A DNA stretch of 63,968 nt, counting the filler, from Stramenopiles sp. TOSAG23-3 (lineage: Eukaryota): assembly GCA_900128585.1 (NCBI GenBank). It is 4 parts of 4 records of this genome, joined end to end, with 100 filler letters (N's around TTAATTAATTAA, not from the genome) between each part and the next. Parts side by side here need not be neighbours in the genome. Positions count along the whole stretch, not along the records: positions 49,092 to 63,968 come from LT642541.1; 3 more parts are not named here. One strand, written 5' to 3'. Positions within the stretch are counted from its first letter, which is position 1; every line of letters starts with the position of its first letter. This document shows, piece after piece, positions 60,212-63,968 of this stretch. The notes under the pieces are model-generated. The model was not told the DNA's origin. It was given only the letters and a program-made list of their open reading frames with translations, and did no database searches. Position numbers and translations under genes: made by a program.

Positions 60212-61069
60212 TTAGCACCCGCACGGAGCTTTGAAAGCAATCAATGTCAAATCTGCACAACTGTAGTCTCCAATCTCCAAATCGCGTTGATTTTCCTGAG
60301 AAATAATATTAGGATAAGCATTCAGTATTTTTTCCACTTCTTTGCATTCGTCTTCATCACAAATATTTTTATGCTCTTCCATCATGCGCCGAAATAATTC
60401 TTTCTTTTTGTTCCTCTGCAGAGTTTGTTGATTATACACAATGGTCATCTCTCTGTCTTCTTTTAATTCACCAGCCAGTGCTAATGCCTCGTTTCCCAGT
60501 ACTTTTGGACGCTTGCATAATTTGTAAAGCATGATAAGTAATACAACACCACCGACAGCAGCTGGGAACCAGCCATGAATTAGGAACTGACAGGTACCAA
60601 CTATAGCAAGAAATAATAGTGAATTTACGCAGCTTCCGTAACCTGCTAACTTCATCTTACGTATACTTTTTGCTGAAGGGTATTCTCGAAATTTGTCCAT
60701 TTTCAAATCACCTTCCACTGTTCCTTCATGTTTAGCGAATTGTTTCTTTATAGTCTGTTCGACCATTTCAGCTTGGGTCATTCCTGGTTTAAACTTTTTC
60801 ATACCCCAAAAGGAAAGCGACTTTTGTAGAGCTTGCTTCTGCCCCTTGTAAACAGGATCGTTCATTTTTTCCTCTTTTTTCTTTTGCAGTAAGCGCTTTG
60901 CTTCCTCAACTTTCAATACCCTCTGGCGATATTCTTCTTCCTCTGCAGCCTTTCTTGCCACGTTTGCAGCTTGTTCCCTTTCCTTCCACTCTTTTTGAAA
61001 TTTTGCTTCTTGCTCAGCATAGCTGGACTTAACGGTTCCCACCGTTATTTCGACGTCAGTTTTTTTCAT
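60212..61069 (-). CDS. Hypothetical coiled-coil protein with two TM helices, ending in CxC
   Basis: ORF 60212..61096, first ATG at 61069; hydrophobic hairpin SLLFLAIVGTCQFLIHGWFPAAVGGVVLLIMLY; ends APCGC. Confidence 0.7.
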   Translation of the reverse strand: MKKTDVEITVGTVKSSYAEQEAKFQKEWKEREQAANVARKAAEEEEYRQRVLKVEEAKRLLQKKKEEKMNDPVYKGQKQALQKSLSFWGMKKFKPGMTQAEMVEQTIKKQFAKHEGTVEGDLKMDKFREYPSAKSIRKMKLAGYGSCVNSLLFLAIVGTCQFLIHGWFPAAVGGVVLLIMLYKLCKRPKVLGNEALALAGELKEDREMTIVYNQQTLQRNKKKELFRRMMEEHKNICDEDECKEVEKILNAYPNIISQENQRDLEIGDYSCADLTLIAFKAPCGC

Positions 61070-61651
61070 GATCTCTTTTCTTTGTACAGGTGGCACGTTT
61101 TAAAATAGCCTTTTTTTAGAAAGAAACGAACTGTAATTGATGGTGTGAATTTTGAATAAAATAAATTTTGGTTTGTGATTGAATGTGGTGCGGATTTGTT
61201 TTGTTTGTTAGACGACTAACATAACTTTATGGTGCGGAAACTTGTCTTTTTTTGTTGGTGGTGGTTGGTTGTGTGGTTGTTGTTGTTGTTTTTTGTTGCT
61301 GTTGCTCTGCTGAATGGATATTATTCTATGCTCTCTCACTAATAATAAATAATCCGCCGTAATAATAATAATTTAAAAAAACAAACAAAAAATAATAAAT
61401 AAAAATGGAAGCTGTTATTTAGTCTCATCTCACCTCCTCGTATCACCTATATCCTGGTACATAAATAAGCTGATAAATATAACAACAGCCAATATTATAT
61501 TTTGTTTTTTATTATACTTAAATCAAATTTTACATATTACACCTCAACGCACTGGTTTCAATCGCCAGATGCACAACGTCACCTATTAAAACATCGCCGC
61601 CGCGACCACTGCCGCCAATGTTGCAGTTTTTCAAAAGATAGATCAGTTGTG

Positions 61652-63583
61652 TTACGAAAAAACTGGGAGTGGGTGCGCTTCTGTGTTTAGGACATATTTG
61701 TTTAAATCGACAAGTCCAAAGTCATCACTGAACAAAAGGAAGAAGTACTTCAAAGTTTCTGCTAACCAAAAACTCTCCATCTTGTCCCTAAATTTCACCT
61801 CCTTGGTCAAAACGCTCTTAATGGAGGAGTACCCACCACTGCCTACTTTGCAGTATTTTTTGAAGTTCTGAAATATTGTGTAGCCACGATCACGGTATTT
61901 CTCATCCTTTGTGAGGCGATACAGAATGAACAGGCTCTCGATAGTTTCGGGGCGCAACAAATTGTGCGCATCTGCGGGTTTTACGCGCATGTCTGGCTTA
62001 TTGCCCGCGCTCTCCGTGTTGAAGAATACGATTTCCGGTGCAAGGCCGGTCGGTTGGTTCTCGTACATCAGAATACACGTTTCCAGTAGGTTCTTAGCCA
62101 ACTGCATACGCTGCTCATCAATCCCCCCAGCACCATTGGGCGTATGGGCCCCATTCGCCGCACCCAGTGCGATGAGACCCGGCATAAAGCAGACCAGGTG
62201 GTCCATCTTGTTTATCGTGCCCCCCTGACCACCGTTTTGCTTTTCGGCAATGAACGCATAATTGTTAGGTTTGGAATATAGCACAAGGTGGGTCTCTATC
62301 GCCTCCAATGCCCCCATGTATCGTATCCGCATCCGCTCGTCTTTTTTTCCCGTTAGCAGCCACTGCTTCAGCAGATATTCGTAGTAGCTATCCCCTCGTG
62401 CGCCAAGGCTAACCCTGGCACTTTGGCTCGGTTCGCCAGAGTTGGCATTAATGAATATTGGGAGCAAGTGCTTGATTTTGGTCTTCTCTGACTTTGATGC
62501 TATAATCTCATTTACCTTTTCCACCACATCTTTAAACTTGGGGTCTTTCGTCTGTTGCGACAGATACTCGAACTCAATCTGAATAGTAGTGACCTCGGCC
62601 AAGGAACTGTCGCTGCCCCAGGTGGGTGCATGCGCCTTCCCTGTCTTCAAGTTTACATCGCTGTACGGGACCCCAGACTGCGTTTTAAACGCGGGCAGCA
62701 AGCGGTTGCCCAAATCTTCCGCTTTGTCCAAAAATATCCTGTCGTTAGACAGCGCGTACGCACTCAAGAGCCCGCCAAGCTCACGTATGGTACATTCAAA
62801 CAAATTCACATCTGTATTCTTGTCAAAGGAGAGTTTTGTTTTTACCCAGTTCTTCGCATCCTCAAACTCATCGTCCAACCCCATCAGCCACAACGTATCC
62901 AAGGCGTCGACAAGGGTCAGCCCGATGCCAAACCATTCGTGGTACGTTCTCGAAATAGGCTTGACCTCGTCGTGCCCCCAGCCAATGTCTTTGTAAGCCT
63001 TCCACGAGTATTTAAACTCCTCAATAACCTCTTGCTGCCGAGGGGTAAACGACTCCGATCTCACGGGGGCCGTCTTCTGCTCTGACCCCAACATCGGTTT
63101 CTGCGCGGCGAGGGTCCTGCTTTTTTCAGTGCTTTGGCTTATGGCGGGGCCGCCCTCAAGCAGGTGCAGCCTGCTCGCCATTTCGGCCACTTGCTTCGAC
63201 AGCTGCGCTATTTTTTTTGCGTTGTCCTTCGAGCTCATAAGGTAGTCGCGCGTGGAGTCTTCCAAATTTTGCATTCGGTGCGAATTTTTTTCCAACTGCT
63301 TCTTCTCTAGCTTCTTCAAATGTTCGAGCACTATGTTCCCTGGGTGGCTCGCGGCGCTCCCATAAGAAGAACGTTGGTGGACGCTGCTGTCTCCTTGGTC
63401 GTCTAACACGGACCCCGTCTGCACGTGCCTTTCATTGGCAGGATTTATAATATACAATACACCAACCAAAAAAAGCACAAAACAACTCACCAGCAGAACC
63501 CGGGCGACAATCTTCGCACGTTCACTTTTGTTCTTCTTGTCTTTCCCGTTCGCATACCCGGCGGTGTACGGAGAACTTATCAT
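61652..63583 (-). CDS. ER mannosyl-oligosaccharide alpha-1,2-mannosidase (GH47, MAN1B1/MNS1-like)
   Basis: Type II TM anchor; GLTLVDALDTL, FECTIRELGGLLSAY, GARGDSYYEYLLKQW, MDHLVCF, LRPETIESL, MESFWLAETLKY, NTEAHP. Confidence 0.95.
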   Translation of the reverse strand: MISSPYTAGYANGKDKKNKSERAKIVARVLLVSCFVLFLVGVLYIINPANERHVQTGSVLDDQGDSSVHQRSSYGSAASHPGNIVLEHLKKLEKKQLEKNSHRMQNLEDSTRDYLMSSKDNAKKIAQLSKQVAEMASRLHLLEGGPAISQSTEKSRTLAAQKPMLGSEQKTAPVRSESFTPRQQEVIEEFKYSWKAYKDIGWGHDEVKPISRTYHEWFGIGLTLVDALDTLWLMGLDDEFEDAKNWVKTKLSFDKNTDVNLFECTIRELGGLLSAYALSNDRIFLDKAEDLGNRLLPAFKTQSGVPYSDVNLKTGKAHAPTWGSDSSLAEVTTIQIEFEYLSQQTKDPKFKDVVEKVNEIIASKSEKTKIKHLLPIFINANSGEPSQSARVSLGARGDSYYEYLLKQWLLTGKKDERMRIRYMGALEAIETHLVLYSKPNNYAFIAEKQNGGQGGTINKMDHLVCFMPGLIALGAANGAHTPNGAGGIDEQRMQLAKNLLETCILMYENQPTGLAPEIVFFNTESAGNKPDMRVKPADAHNLLRPETIESLFILYRLTKDEKYRDRGYTIFQNFKKYCKVGSGGYSSIKSVLTKEVKFRDKMESFWLAETLKYFFLLFSDDFGLVDLNKYVLNTEAHPLPVFS

Positions 63584-63968
63584 TGGCCACACCCCACGTT
63601 CACGCTTTCTTTTCTCCTATGTGTACAATCAATTCATAAACGTGAAAGAGTGGAAAACTATAAATCCCAACTGTTCATGCAAGCCTAAAACGTAACACGT
63701 ACTCACACGCACCCTCACTCTCTCTGTTCTTGTGTAAATTTATTTTTTAACTACTTCTTCTTCGTACATATAGAACAGTAATAAAATATTAAAATTACCG
63801 GCCGCCGATGATCTTTTTTTGTTTTTTATTATTATTAGTCTATATATATTATATTATTTTTTTTATTATATTATTATTATATTATTATTTTTTTTTCTTC
63901 TCTTCTTCTTCTTCTTCTTCTTCTTCTTTTCTCTTCTGACGCCCACATGGTTGGAGGATTCTACATAT

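Noticed and set aside
1-63968. A co-functional gene cluster or operon-like system
   Set aside because: Genes are functionally unrelated, in mixed orientation and on separate joined contigs; no tRNA, rRNA, transposase or reverse transcriptase was recognised.

Overview
Eukaryotic, gene-dense and almost intron-less DNA. The host is probably a flagellated protist; stramenopile-like is my inference from gene content, not a database result. About 29 protein-coding genes alternate with very AT-rich spacers, and three 100-nt artificial N/TTAATTAATTAA linkers join separate contigs. Recognisable genes: a mitochondrial carrier, VWA8, a KY-type transglutaminase-like peptidase, XMAP215/CKAP5 (5'-truncated, frameshifted), RAD51B, a DnaJ protein, a polycystin-type channel (internally deleted), an MBOAT lysophospholipid acyltransferase, APRT, an SMYD methyltransferase, an Sds3-like protein (disrupted), a degenerate SelO and a GH47 ER mannosidase. 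The most unusual signal is non-coding: a ~25-55 bp micro-element with core CAAGAAAATTGGCTGTTATTTA. It has five perfect copies plus several degenerate ones, always lies just 3' of a stop codon, has one fixed and one variably truncated end, and in three copies is bracketed by locus-specific 13-16 bp direct repeats resembling target-site duplications. Other notable items: a RAMA-ELM2-SANT-Tudor chromatin protein, a stand-alone dynein microtubule-binding domain, a theta-CA/LCIB-domain fusion, a WD40-pseudokinase, a divergent pair of secreted RRL-motif precursors, recurrent promoter motifs, and signs of amplification-type chimerism in the assembly. I recognised no rRNA, tRNA, CRISPR array or autonomous transposon.
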